A stretch of DNA of 63,132 nucleotides from a virus. Its lineage: Duplodnaviria; Caudoviricetes. Below are positions 1-6,845 of this stretch, one piece after another (position 1 is the stretch's first letter; each line of letters opens with the position of its first letter). The translations under genes and the position numbers were made by a program. The notes beneath the pieces are model-generated. The model was not told the origin of the DNA, made no database searches, and worked only from the letters and a program-made list of their open reading frames with translations. The stretch lies in IMG/VR virus record IMGVR_UViG_3300005095_000109, positions 1 to 63,132 of that record; one strand, 5' to 3'.

Positions 1-91
1 CGCTCCTATATAACCATCTACCCACGCAGAACAAACACTATACAACTTGGCTATCACACCATACCACATAGCTCTCCTACAACCATCACAT
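1..91. repeat. Terminal direct repeat (copy 1), most likely circular assembly overlap
   Basis: 1-91 is identical to 63042-63132. Confidence 0.97.
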
Positions 92-561
92 AATCCACCA
101 TAATCAGACTCTACAAATAAACCACTAACCAACAAATCATCTACAAACCTAACCACATCACTAACAACACCACCACAATCACACGAACCTACACCAACAC
201 ACACACCAGAATTAATACAACCTCCCAACTCAACAACCCTACGCAAATTTACCCTCATCACACCACAACTCCATAAACACTCATACAAAACCTCCTTCCT
301 CAATAACCGCTCCAAACCTATAACCCTACCTACAAAACCACTCTGCCTCAAAACATCCCTCAACTCACTTAATCCTCCCAACATAACCCAGTTGTCTATA
401 CCACTGCCATCCTTCAACACACCAATAAACCTAACTCGCTCACTCACTAAACCACTCAAAATATCACCACCACTAACTAACTCAAAATCACCCAACCCAA
501 ATAACCCAGACCTGTAATCACCTCGCAATCCTTCCCAAATACTACTACTAACAACAAACAT
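1..561 (-). CDS. 5' part of a 240-aa hypothetical protein that spans the circular junction (ends at 62880)
   Basis: Hand translation from the ATG at 561 (MFVVSSSIWEGLRGDYRSG...) is open and in frame with the 62880..63110 ORF. A TAAGTTTG box (579-586) lies 17 nt upstream. Confidence 0.75.
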   Translation of the reverse strand, partial: MFVVSSSIWEGLRGDYRSGLFGLGDFELVSGGDILSGLVSERVRFIGVLKDGSGIDNWVMLGGLSELRDVLRQSGFVGRVIGLERLLRKEVLYECLWSCGVMRVNLRRVVELGGCINSGVCVGVGSCDCGGVVSDVVRFVDDLLVSGLFVESDYGGLCDGCRRAMWYGVIAKLYSVCSAWVDGYIGA

Positions 562-744
562 CTCACTACCATTTTACACAAACTTACAAAAATAATTAAA
601 AACACTCATTAAACTAAACACAATACACACCAGCCAGATGAATAAGAGATGTGCAAGCGAGCAGTTACGGCACATTTAAATTCCAAAAACACATTTGGCT
701 CCCCCGGGGCACTCTCCGCCACAGAAAAGCATTATGCTTTCCTG

Positions 745-778
745 AAAAAAAGACCCCCCACCCTTGCGGGCAGGGGGT
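745..778 (-). terminator. Intrinsic terminator after the 784..1074 gene
   Basis: Minus strand ACCCCCT-GCCC-GCAA-GGG-TGGGGGGT followed by C and T7. Confidence 0.7.
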
Positions 779-783
779 GCCCC

Positions 784-1074
784 TTACCGCGGCCACGGGT
801 GCTCCATGAGCACCCTGCCACGGATGGCCTCCACAATAGCGGAGGCCTTTTCGCCGCGGGGCGGGGCATACCCCGCGGCATACGCCGCCCTGCGGAGGGC
901 GGCATAAGCACTCCCGGCGCCGAAGCGCCGGGAAATCCGCCCACCCCGGTCTCCGACCAGGGTGAGCGTTATAACTCCGTCCGGGCCTTTCTCGGCCCGG
1001 ACGTCTTTGATTGCCTCTGCCCCGAAGGCCCAGCTATCGCTGGGCCCTGGGGCTCTTATTAGCTCGTCTATCAT
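784..1074 (-). CDS. Hypothetical early protein (96 aa, GC-rich)
   Basis: The shared motif lies 23 nt upstream and a terminator lies downstream. Confidence 0.7.
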   Translation of the reverse strand: MIDELIRAPGPSDSWAFGAEAIKDVRAEKGPDGVITLTLVGDRGGRISRRFGAGSAYAALRRAAYAAGYAPPRGEKASAIVEAIRGRVLMEHPWPR

Positions 1075-1093
1075 GGCTCTTTGATTTTACGTA

Positions 1094-1106
1094 TAGTAAC
1101 ATTTAA
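1094..1106 (-). promoter_or_regulatory. Early promoter-like motif variant TTAAATGTTACTA
   Basis: Aligns with the 3630-3642 copy over TTAAATGTT-NN-TATAC-N-TAAAATCA, with the same 23-nt distance to ATG. Confidence 0.65.
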
Positions 1107-1163
1107 TCTCTTTCTCCAGAGAGTACAGAGCAGCAGAGAGCAGTAAGACGGTCTGGCGGTGAG

Positions 1164-1234
1164 AAAAAAAAGAGAGAGCCACTTAGGCTCTGTGGCGGCC
1201 CGTGCCACCTCTACCACAGAGCCCTATGGCTCTC
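1164..1234 (-). terminator. Long terminator hairpin closing the putative ncRNA
   Basis: Stems 1174-1181/1227-1234 and 1186-1195/1214-1223, followed by U8 (A8 at 1164-1171 on +). Confidence 0.7.
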
Positions 1235-1515
1235 ATCCACTCCCGGCCTCCTGCTTACGTCAGTGCCCGGCAAGCCTGTGCGGCACGGCACCGGCGTTCC
1301 CTTTCGGGACCTTACGCCGGCTGCCTGGGACACAGGCAATCCCTCTTGTCCCGGACACTTCGGGGGTCGGCTGATTATAGCGGGGCCCACCCAGCGGATA
1401 ACCCCCTGGCACTTGCCGACCACACAGTGGCTACTTCGCGCAGGCTGTCCCCCAGGCGGACCCTCCACCTGCGCTTTTCACCACTGTGCTCCCCGCTCAC
1501 CAGAGAGCAAAATCA
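1164..1515 (-). ncRNA. Putative large structured non-coding RNA (~350 nt) of unrecognised family
   Basis: Has its own promoter motif (1520-1532), at least 8 nested helices, a GAAA tetraloop, a possible pseudoknot, and a terminal hairpin plus U8. No credible ORF. Confidence 0.7.
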
Positions 1516-1519
1516 CAGA

Positions 1520-1532
1520 TAAGAACATTTAA
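1520..1532 (-). promoter_or_regulatory. Early promoter-like motif TTAAATGTTCTTA
   Basis: Exact 13-mer that also occurs at 2055-2067 and 3630-3642. Confidence 0.65.
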
Positions 1533-1628
1533 AAAAAAGAGGCAGGCGGTAATCGGCTATCCGTCCCGGGCCGTGCCGAAACGCCCCCTGCGACCTTTCG
1601 CGCTGGGGACGCTGTCTCACCTGCCTCT
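1531..1628 (-). terminator. Branched terminator structure after the 1642..2028 gene
   Basis: A GAGGCAGG/CCTGCCTC closing stem with two inner hairpins, followed by U8. Confidence 0.55.
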
Positions 1629-1641
1629 CTGCCTGGGACCC

Positions 1642-2028
1642 TTAGACGCTTTCCCAGCGTCTTTTCTCTGGGTCCCAGACCCATTTCCGCGGCCCTTTGG
1701 CCAACCATTGCTGGTCTGCCTCTTTGGCCGCCACCCACTCATCGTGGGCGGCGACCACCTTGGCCGCGGTGTCCAGTAGCGCGCTGTGGCGCCGCTGGAC
1801 TTCCTCCCGGAACCCGGGCTCGCCGGGTTCCGGTTCGCGGTCCCTCATTCCGTATGCTATTTGGAATGGGACCGCTTTTATTACTCTTTCGAGTAGGCCT
1901 GCGGCCATCTGTTCTTTGGCTTGCAGGCCCACTTTCCACTCCCCCTCGTAGTAGTAGAGGGGGATTTCTAGGCCCTCCTCCAACTGGAGGAGGGCCTTTC
2001 CTAGTTCCTGCCACTCCAGTCTCTTCAT
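1642..2028 (-). CDS. Hypothetical early protein (128 aa)
   Basis: Protein-like composition, promoter motif upstream, terminator downstream. Confidence 0.8.
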   Translation of the reverse strand: MKRLEWQELGKALLQLEEGLEIPLYYYEGEWKVGLQAKEQMAAGLLERVIKAVPFQIAYGMRDREPEPGEPGFREEVQRRHSALLDTAAKVVAAHDEWVAAKEADQQWLAKGPRKWVWDPEKRRWESV

Positions 2029-2054
2029 CTTTCTCTTATTTTAAGGTTAACACC

Positions 2055-2067
2055 TAAGAACATTTAA
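2055..2067 (-). promoter_or_regulatory. Early promoter-like motif TTAAATGTTCTTA
   Basis: Exact 13-mer upstream of the ATG at 2028. Confidence 0.65.
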
Positions 2068-2615
2068 GAGAGAGTTAGAGGTAGAGTTAGAGATATAGAG
2101 ATGTTGAAGTGTAAAACTCTACTGCTCTACTACTTTATATGCTCTGCTACTCTACTACTTCATTTCTCTACTTGTCACTGTCGTGGTTCTCTAGTGTCTG
2201 CTCTGTGGCTCCAGTGTTCTTGTGTTTCTGTCTCCATTCGCCAGCCTGCTGTTATCTCTTGCCACTGCTACAGTGCTCTGCTACTGTCTCCAGAACTATG
2301 CTATCTGCTCTGTTGCTTTGCCATTGCTATGGCTCTGCTCTTCTCCGCTTCTACCCATCTCTCCATCTCCAGGTCTCTGTCTTCAAGAGCTAAGAGAAGT
2401 GGGACTGTCGGTCGGTCGGTCAGCCAGTTTCTTGTCTCTACTGCTCTATCACTGCGTGGCAACTAAGCAATGCAGTGCGTCTGTTGGTCGGTCTATGTTA
2501 CTACTGCCACTGCTTACGCTACTGCTCACACTGCAGATAGAGAGCAGTGGCACAGGCTGTCGGCATGAGCAGAACGAACGCAACGAACGCAACGCATCGC
2601 AACAGCAGAACTGCA

Positions 2616-2709
2616 ATCGCTGGCTCTCAAAGAGGGTGGGCGGGTGGGAATAAACGAAACGCGTTGAAACGCATCGCTCTGGCTCTGAAGAGGGTGGGTG
2701 GGTTGGGAA
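2616..2709 (+). repeat. Imperfect direct repeat; each unit ends in a canonical G-quadruplex motif
   Basis: TGGCTCT(C/G)AA(A)GA precedes GGGTGGGCGGGTGGG (2634-2648) and GGGTGGGTGGGTTGGG (2692-2707). Confidence 0.7.
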
Positions 2710-2714
2710 ACTGT

Positions 2715-2742
2715 AAAAAACGCAGCCCCATTGCGGGGCTGC
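2715..2742 (-). terminator. Intrinsic terminator downstream of the tRNA
   Basis: GCAGCCCC-GCAAT-GGGGCTGC followed by G and T6 on the minus strand. Confidence 0.8.
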
Positions 2743-2788
2743 TCACGGCGCTGGCAACATGTCACTGTCGCTCTGTTTAGGCGACGGT

Positions 2789-2865
2789 TGGTGGGCCCGG
2801 CAGGGCTTGAACCTGCGACCTGCGGATTATGAGTCCGCCGCTCTGACCTGCTGAGCTACGGGCCC
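2789..2865 (-). tRNA. tRNA with CAT anticodon, probably tRNA-Ile2 (lysidine type); elongator Met not excluded
   Basis: GGGCCCG acceptor stem, TAGCTCAG D-arm start, GCGGA-CTCATAA-TCCGC anticodon arm, GGTTCAAG T-loop and encoded CCA. C4:G69/C5:G68 pairs match Ile2 tRNAs. Confidence 0.93.
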
Positions 2866-2876
2866 AGATGGAGCCT

Positions 2877-3227
2877 CTACGGCTCCTCTCCGAGTAGTTC
2901 ATAGAATTCGCTGTCGTCGTCATCTTCTTCTGTGTTGTTCACTTCTCTGACGACGAACCCACGTAGCCCTCTGAACCGCTCCTTCAGTTCCTCTAAACTC
3001 AGTTCCCTACCGCGGTCCTCAGGCTTCAGTTCTAACTCTGGCGTCCACACCTCTTTACATCGTGCCGCTAAGTGTAGAGGCAGAACGCCTGCCACCACCT
3101 TCCCGTCAAGAACAGACGGGTCTGTGACGTGAGTAAGTAGTTCTGTCTTCTCGTCCGCCACCCCTAACTCCTTAAGAAGTTGCACCAGAGCAGGGTGGCG
3201 GGTGATAATGATTTCTACTCTCCTCAT
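2877..3227 (-). CDS. csx16: Csx16 (VVA1548)-like protein, candidate cyclic oligoadenylate ring nuclease
   Basis: Motifs ITRHPA, THV, VAGVLPLHLAA and RGRELSLEEL follow the Csx16 pattern in order and spacing. Acidic C-terminal tail. Confidence 0.72.
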   Translation of the reverse strand: MRRVEIIITRHPALVQLLKELGVADEKTELLTHVTDPSVLDGKVVAGVLPLHLAARCKEVWTPELELKPEDRGRELSLEELKERFRGLRGFVVREVNNTEEDDDDSEFYELLGEEP

Positions 3228-3610
3228 TGCTCTACGATTTTGCTTTTTATTTCTTCAAGAACTGCGTCTTGCTCTTCTGCGTCGGCGGCAGACTCCTCAA
3301 TCTCCTGAGCCGTTATGTCGTAGTACATCTTGCTCGGACTCAGAAGACGCAAGTTCTCCAACCAGTTCTCGCCATAACGTGGCGGCTGGTTGGGCGGGGT
3401 TGTTAGGGCAATCAGCTGCTCCAGAATGTTTTCCAGAACAGCCTGCGAGCCGCGGTGCATAATCTTGCAACGCTTGCTCTGTTGGCCGCGCTGCAGGTAT
3501 ATTACTATTCTGTCTGCGTTCACAACCACCGACTTTATGAGATCGCCACGCGCCAGACGTGGCGTTAGTCGGTGGCCCCTCTTTCCGTTTGTCTTCTCTT
3601 GTGCTGCCAT
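3224..3610 (-). CDS. Hypothetical early protein (128 aa)
   Basis: First gene after the promoter motif, with an ATGA overlap onto the Csx16-like gene. Confidence 0.8.
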   Translation of the reverse strand: MAAQEKTNGKRGHRLTPRLARGDLIKSVVVNADRIVIYLQRGQQSKRCKIMHRGSQAVLENILEQLIALTTPPNQPPRYGENWLENLRLLSPSKMYYDITAQEIEESAADAEEQDAVLEEIKSKIVEQ

Positions 3611-3629
3611 TGTTTGATGATTTTATGTA

Positions 3630-3642
3630 TAAGAACATTTAA
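3630..3642 (-). promoter_or_regulatory. Early promoter-like motif TTAAATGTTCTTA
   Basis: Exact 13-mer upstream of the ATG at 3610. Confidence 0.65.
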
Positions 3643-3654
3643 TTAATTAAAGTG

Positions 3655-3700
3655 AAACTGAAAGTGTAGGCAGAGCCTGCCCTGTGAGCGGACAGGCTCT
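3655..3700 (-). terminator. Hairpin ending the 8383-3716 operon
   Basis: AGAGCCTG/CAGGCTCT stem (3672-3700) with a weak U-tract. Confidence 0.5.
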
Positions 3701-3715
3701 CCTTAAGTTTTCTTT

Positions 3716-4087
3716 TCACGTTGTCAGTTGTTCAAGGTATTCTATACTTCTTTCTTTTGCGAAATTGATATCTTTATCTGATATAGTATTTAGTATATAT
3801 TCTATATCTTTTTCTGACAGAATTCTTATTTCTACTGTTATATTGTTTTCTTTTATTTGTACGTATGTTTCTTTGATTGATGCTATTTCTGATAGTGTTT
3901 CTGCTATTATTTTTCTTGTTTTAGGTTCTTTTTGTTCTGTTTCTATGAATGGTTCGTAGTCATATACTTCTTGATTATTGTATTCATATAGATTGTATGT
4001 TTGTGTTTCTATTATTTCTATTATTTGTTCTGTTGATTTGATTGGTATTTGTTTTTCTTTTGTGTGTATTATTATTTGTACTTTCAT
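3716..4087 (-). CDS. Hypothetical protein (123 aa)
   Basis: Translationally coupled ORF in the minus-strand operon. Confidence 0.8.
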   Translation of the reverse strand: MKVQIIIHTKEKQIPIKSTEQIIEIIETQTYNLYEYNNQEVYDYEPFIETEQKEPKTRKIIAETLSEIASIKETYVQIKENNITVEIRILSEKDIEYILNTISDKDINFAKERSIEYLEQLTT

Positions 4088-4476
4088 TGCTGTATTATTT
4101 TGTTATGTATTAGTTTCAGGTATTTTATTGTTAATGCTTTTCTGTTTAGTGTAGACATATCTATTTGTACGTAGTCTTCTATTTCAATGTACTTTATTAT
4201 CATTTCTGCTTTTGTTTCTTTTGTTAGGTTTCTTAGTATTGAGTATTCTGTGAATGTTGCTATTTCTTTTACTGTTGTTGTGTTGTTTATTTTCTGTATT
4301 AGCCTTACTTTGTTTCCTGGTTTAAAGTTTTGTTTTTGCAGTATTGTTTTTGTTATTCTGTATGGTACTTCGTGTAATGGTATTACTGCGTCTGTTGTTT
4401 CTTTAATTTTGTGTGCTGCTTCTATTATTGTGTCTTCTGTTATTATGATTTCTTGTTTTAGAACTTCTTGAGCCAT
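4084..4476 (-). CDS. Hypothetical protein (130 aa)
   Basis: Overlapping, co-oriented ORF. Confidence 0.8.
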   Translation of the reverse strand: MAQEVLKQEIIITEDTIIEAAHKIKETTDAVIPLHEVPYRITKTILQKQNFKPGNKVRLIQKINNTTTVKEIATFTEYSILRNLTKETKAEMIIKYIEIEDYVQIDMSTLNRKALTIKYLKLIHNKIIQQ

Positions 4477-4814
4477 TCTTGTTTGATTTTCTTTAGTTCT
4501 TTGTTTAGTTTGTTTATGATTTTGATTGCTTTTTTTCCTGCTTTTTGTGCTTGTTTGAGTTCTTTGCTTAGTCTTTTGTAGTTTTCTATTGGGATGTTTT
4601 TGTAGATGTATATGAAGTGGTCTGTAGTTGGTTTAGTGAGCAGTGGTGCTTCTGTTCCTACTCTGCATCCGTTCCATTTGCTTTGTGCGTGTGTTGATAT
4701 TAGCGGTAGTAGTTCCATTGGTTGTATTGGTAGTTCTGTTTTTGCGTAGATATCTACGATTAGTTTGATATGTTTTCCGTTTTGTGTTGTTGCTGTGATT
4801 TTTGCTTTTACCAT
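4458..4814 (-). CDS. Hypothetical protein (118 aa)
   Basis: Overlapping, co-oriented ORF. Confidence 0.8.
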   Translation of the reverse strand: MVKAKITATTQNGKHIKLIVDIYAKTELPIQPMELLPLISTHAQSKWNGCRVGTEAPLLTKPTTDHFIYIYKNIPIENYKRLSKELKQAQKAGKKAIKIINKLNKELKKIKQEWLKKF

Positions 4815-5509
4815 GGTGTGTTTATTTTGTTGTGTTCATTTATTAATTGTTGTGCTATTTTTCTTGTTAGTTTTTTGATTTTTGGTGGTATTGGTTTTTG
4901 TTTTGTTGCTTTTATGATTATTTTGTGTAGTGATGTTGTTGCTATTGAGTTGCTTTCGTTTAGTATTATTTGTTCTGGTTTGTTTTTGTTGTTTGCTACT
5001 ATAAATTTGCTTGTTGTTTTTGTTGCTTTATCTTTTATAAATGCTATATATTCTATTGCATAGTTATCTATTCGCAAGTTTGGTGTTATAGATTTTATGT
5101 TTGTTGTTTCTGTTTCTATTTCTGTGTAGTATGTTTTTTGTTTTATGTTTGTTATTCTGAGTCTTCTTGGCTTGTCTTGGTCAATTATGTCTAATATATG
5201 CATATTTCTTACTTTGTTAATTAGTTCTGGTATGTTCATTGTGTGCATTGTTTCTGTTTTGTTTTTTATGATGTATCTGTTCATGTCTGTTCTTGTTGAT
5301 GCTGCTATGTATTCGTTTTCTGTTTCTATGATTATTTCGTTGTTTATAATGTCTTTGATTTTCATTCTTGTTATTACTGGCACTATGGTTATGTATATGT
5401 TGTTTTTTCTAATTGTTTCTGTTGAGTCTGTGTTTTTTAGCGTTTTTAGTTCTTCTGTTTCTATTAGTTTGTAATCTGTGCCGTCGTCTGAAAATATTCT
5501 TAGTATCAT
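4808..5509 (-). CDS. Hypothetical protein (233 aa, I/K/T/N-rich)
   Basis: ATGA overlap with the amidoligase gene. Confidence 0.8.
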   Translation of the reverse strand: MILRIFSDDGTDYKLIETEELKTLKNTDSTETIRKNNIYITIVPVITRMKIKDIINNEIIIETENEYIAASTRTDMNRYIIKNKTETMHTMNIPELINKVRNMHILDIIDQDKPRRLRITNIKQKTYYTEIETETTNIKSITPNLRIDNYAIEYIAFIKDKATKTTSKFIVANNKNKPEQIILNESNSIATTSLHKIIIKATKQKPIPPKIKKLTRKIAQQLINEHNKINTPW

Positions 5510-6204
5510 TGTGTTTTGATTTTACTTGTGAACTTGTTTAGTCTTGCTGGTGGCAGGTTTGATTCTTCTATTTCTTTTGTGTATTCTGTTTGTTTTCCTG
5601 CAAGGACTCTATTTATTTGCTTTATTCTTTCAAATATTCCGAATGCTTTTGTTATTGGTCCGCTTATTCTGAACTCTACTGTTTTGAAGTTTTCTCTGAC
5701 TGCTATTGGCGTGTCCTTTATAAATTGCTTTGCTCGTTTAATTTTGTTTGTTTTGTTGATTCCGAGGAATTCTGCGTCTAGTGTTCTTCCCCATTTTGCG
5801 TATTCTTCTTTAATTACTTTTATGTTGTCATTAAATCTTCTTTCCAGTCTGTTTAGGTATTGTAGATACTCAATTATGTTATACATTTCCAATGCGTTTA
5901 TTGCTCTGATTGGGATATGTATATGTAGTCCGTTTGCTTCGCACAAGTGTACTTCGTTTAGTATTTTTTCAAGGTCTGTTACTATTTGTTCTGGTGTTCC
6001 TTTCAGTTTGAATTCTACGTGGTCGTATTCATCTGAGAATGTTCCGTCGTGTATTCCTTTATGGAATGCTGGTGTGTCGCTGTCTATTGAGTGTTCTGTT
6101 ATTACTCCTTGGCATGTTTGCAGTTCTGTTTTTAGTTCTTCTGCGTCGTAGTAGTCGAATAGACACTCTACTTCTACTCCTATTATGGTGTTTTTCTTTA
6201 TCAT
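5506..6204 (-). CDS. Putative amidoligase (COOH-NH2 ligase), divergent paralog
   Basis: GVEVE, HDGT, VEF, GLHIHI and TVEFR motifs. Confidence 0.75.
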   Translation of the reverse strand: MIKKNTIIGVEVECLFDYYDAEELKTELQTCQGVITEHSIDSDTPAFHKGIHDGTFSDEYDHVEFKLKGTPEQIVTDLEKILNEVHLCEANGLHIHIPIRAINALEMYNIIEYLQYLNRLERRFNDNIKVIKEEYAKWGRTLDAEFLGINKTNKIKRAKQFIKDTPIAVRENFKTVEFRISGPITKAFGIFERIKQINRVLAGKQTEYTKEIEESNLPPARLNKFTSKIKTQ

Positions 6205-6219
6205 TTTTGCTTTATTTAC

Positions 6220-6825
6220 TTATTTTACTGTTAGTATTTCTTTTGCTTTTCTGACCAGTTCTATGTCTGGTCTTGATAGGAATATTTTTTCGTTTAGTTT
6301 GAACCAGTTTCCTATGAAGTGCATTTTTGTTTCCCAGATGAGTATGAATCTTGCTTTTGTTTTCTTTTCTTGAAGTTTTAAGTATTCAATTACTTGTTGT
6401 TCTGTTGCTCCGTGTTCTATTGAGTCTTTTATTACCCAAGCCAGTAGTGCTGTGTCTGATAGGTTGCTATAGATTGGGTCTTTTGTTACTGTTCCGTTTT
6501 GGAACAGTAGTTTGTCTGTTGTTCCTTTTAGTCTCTTAATTGGGTTTTCAGTTAGCGGAAATGGATGTGTGAGTTGTTTGTTTGTCTTTCCTGCGCTTGT
6601 TTTACGTAGGTGGATTACTACTTCTGTTTTTCCAAGTATTCTGTTTACGTTAAGTAGTAATCCCTCTGGTGTCATTATTCCCTTTCTGAATTTCCATTTG
6701 TTTTCTTTTCTGTATGCGAACCCTGCGCCATCTTTGTTGGTTTTCCAGTTCGCTATTATTAGGTTGTTAACTATTTGCACTTCGCTTGATGTAAGGTTTT
6801 TTCTTGTTGCTATTATCAAGCACAT
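6220..6825 (-). CDS. Class II (Ntn) glutamine amidotransferase
   Basis: N-terminal MC, NKDGAG, IHLRKTSAG, THPF, QNG and SDT. Confidence 0.85.
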   Translation of the reverse strand: MCLIIATRKNLTSSEVQIVNNLIIANWKTNKDGAGFAYRKENKWKFRKGIMTPEGLLLNVNRILGKTEVVIHLRKTSAGKTNKQLTHPFPLTENPIKRLKGTTDKLLFQNGTVTKDPIYSNLSDTALLAWVIKDSIEHGATEQQVIEYLKLQEKKTKARFILIWETKMHFIGNWFKLNEKIFLSRPDIELVRKAKEILTVK

Positions 6826-6845
6826 TGCTTCTTTGTTTTTTGAGT

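Noticed and set aside
1164-1628. Hammerhead ribozyme, RNase P, tmRNA or group I intron
   Set aside because: No CUGAnGA/GAAA core, no GAGGAAAGUCC, no tRNA-like ends and no interrupted gene.
649-2780. Many short overlapping ORFs (e.g. 649..1062, 1159..1532, 1211..1468, 2101..2653)
   Set aside because: They arise from GC-rich or low-complexity DNA lacking stop codons, have unnatural composition, and overlap better-supported genes or RNA structure.
2068-2780. Mini CRISPR array near the Csx16-like gene
   Set aside because: No regularly spaced 25-40 nt repeats with unique spacers; only two imperfect G-rich units.
2715-2788. Theta (HDV-like) ribozyme after the tRNA
   Set aside because: The trailer shows only a small hairpin and a terminator, with no nested double pseudoknot, and CCA is encoded.
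2877-3227. AcrIII-1 (DUF1874) assignment
   Set aside because: It lacks the GH catalytic motif pattern of that family; the motifs fit Csx16 instead.
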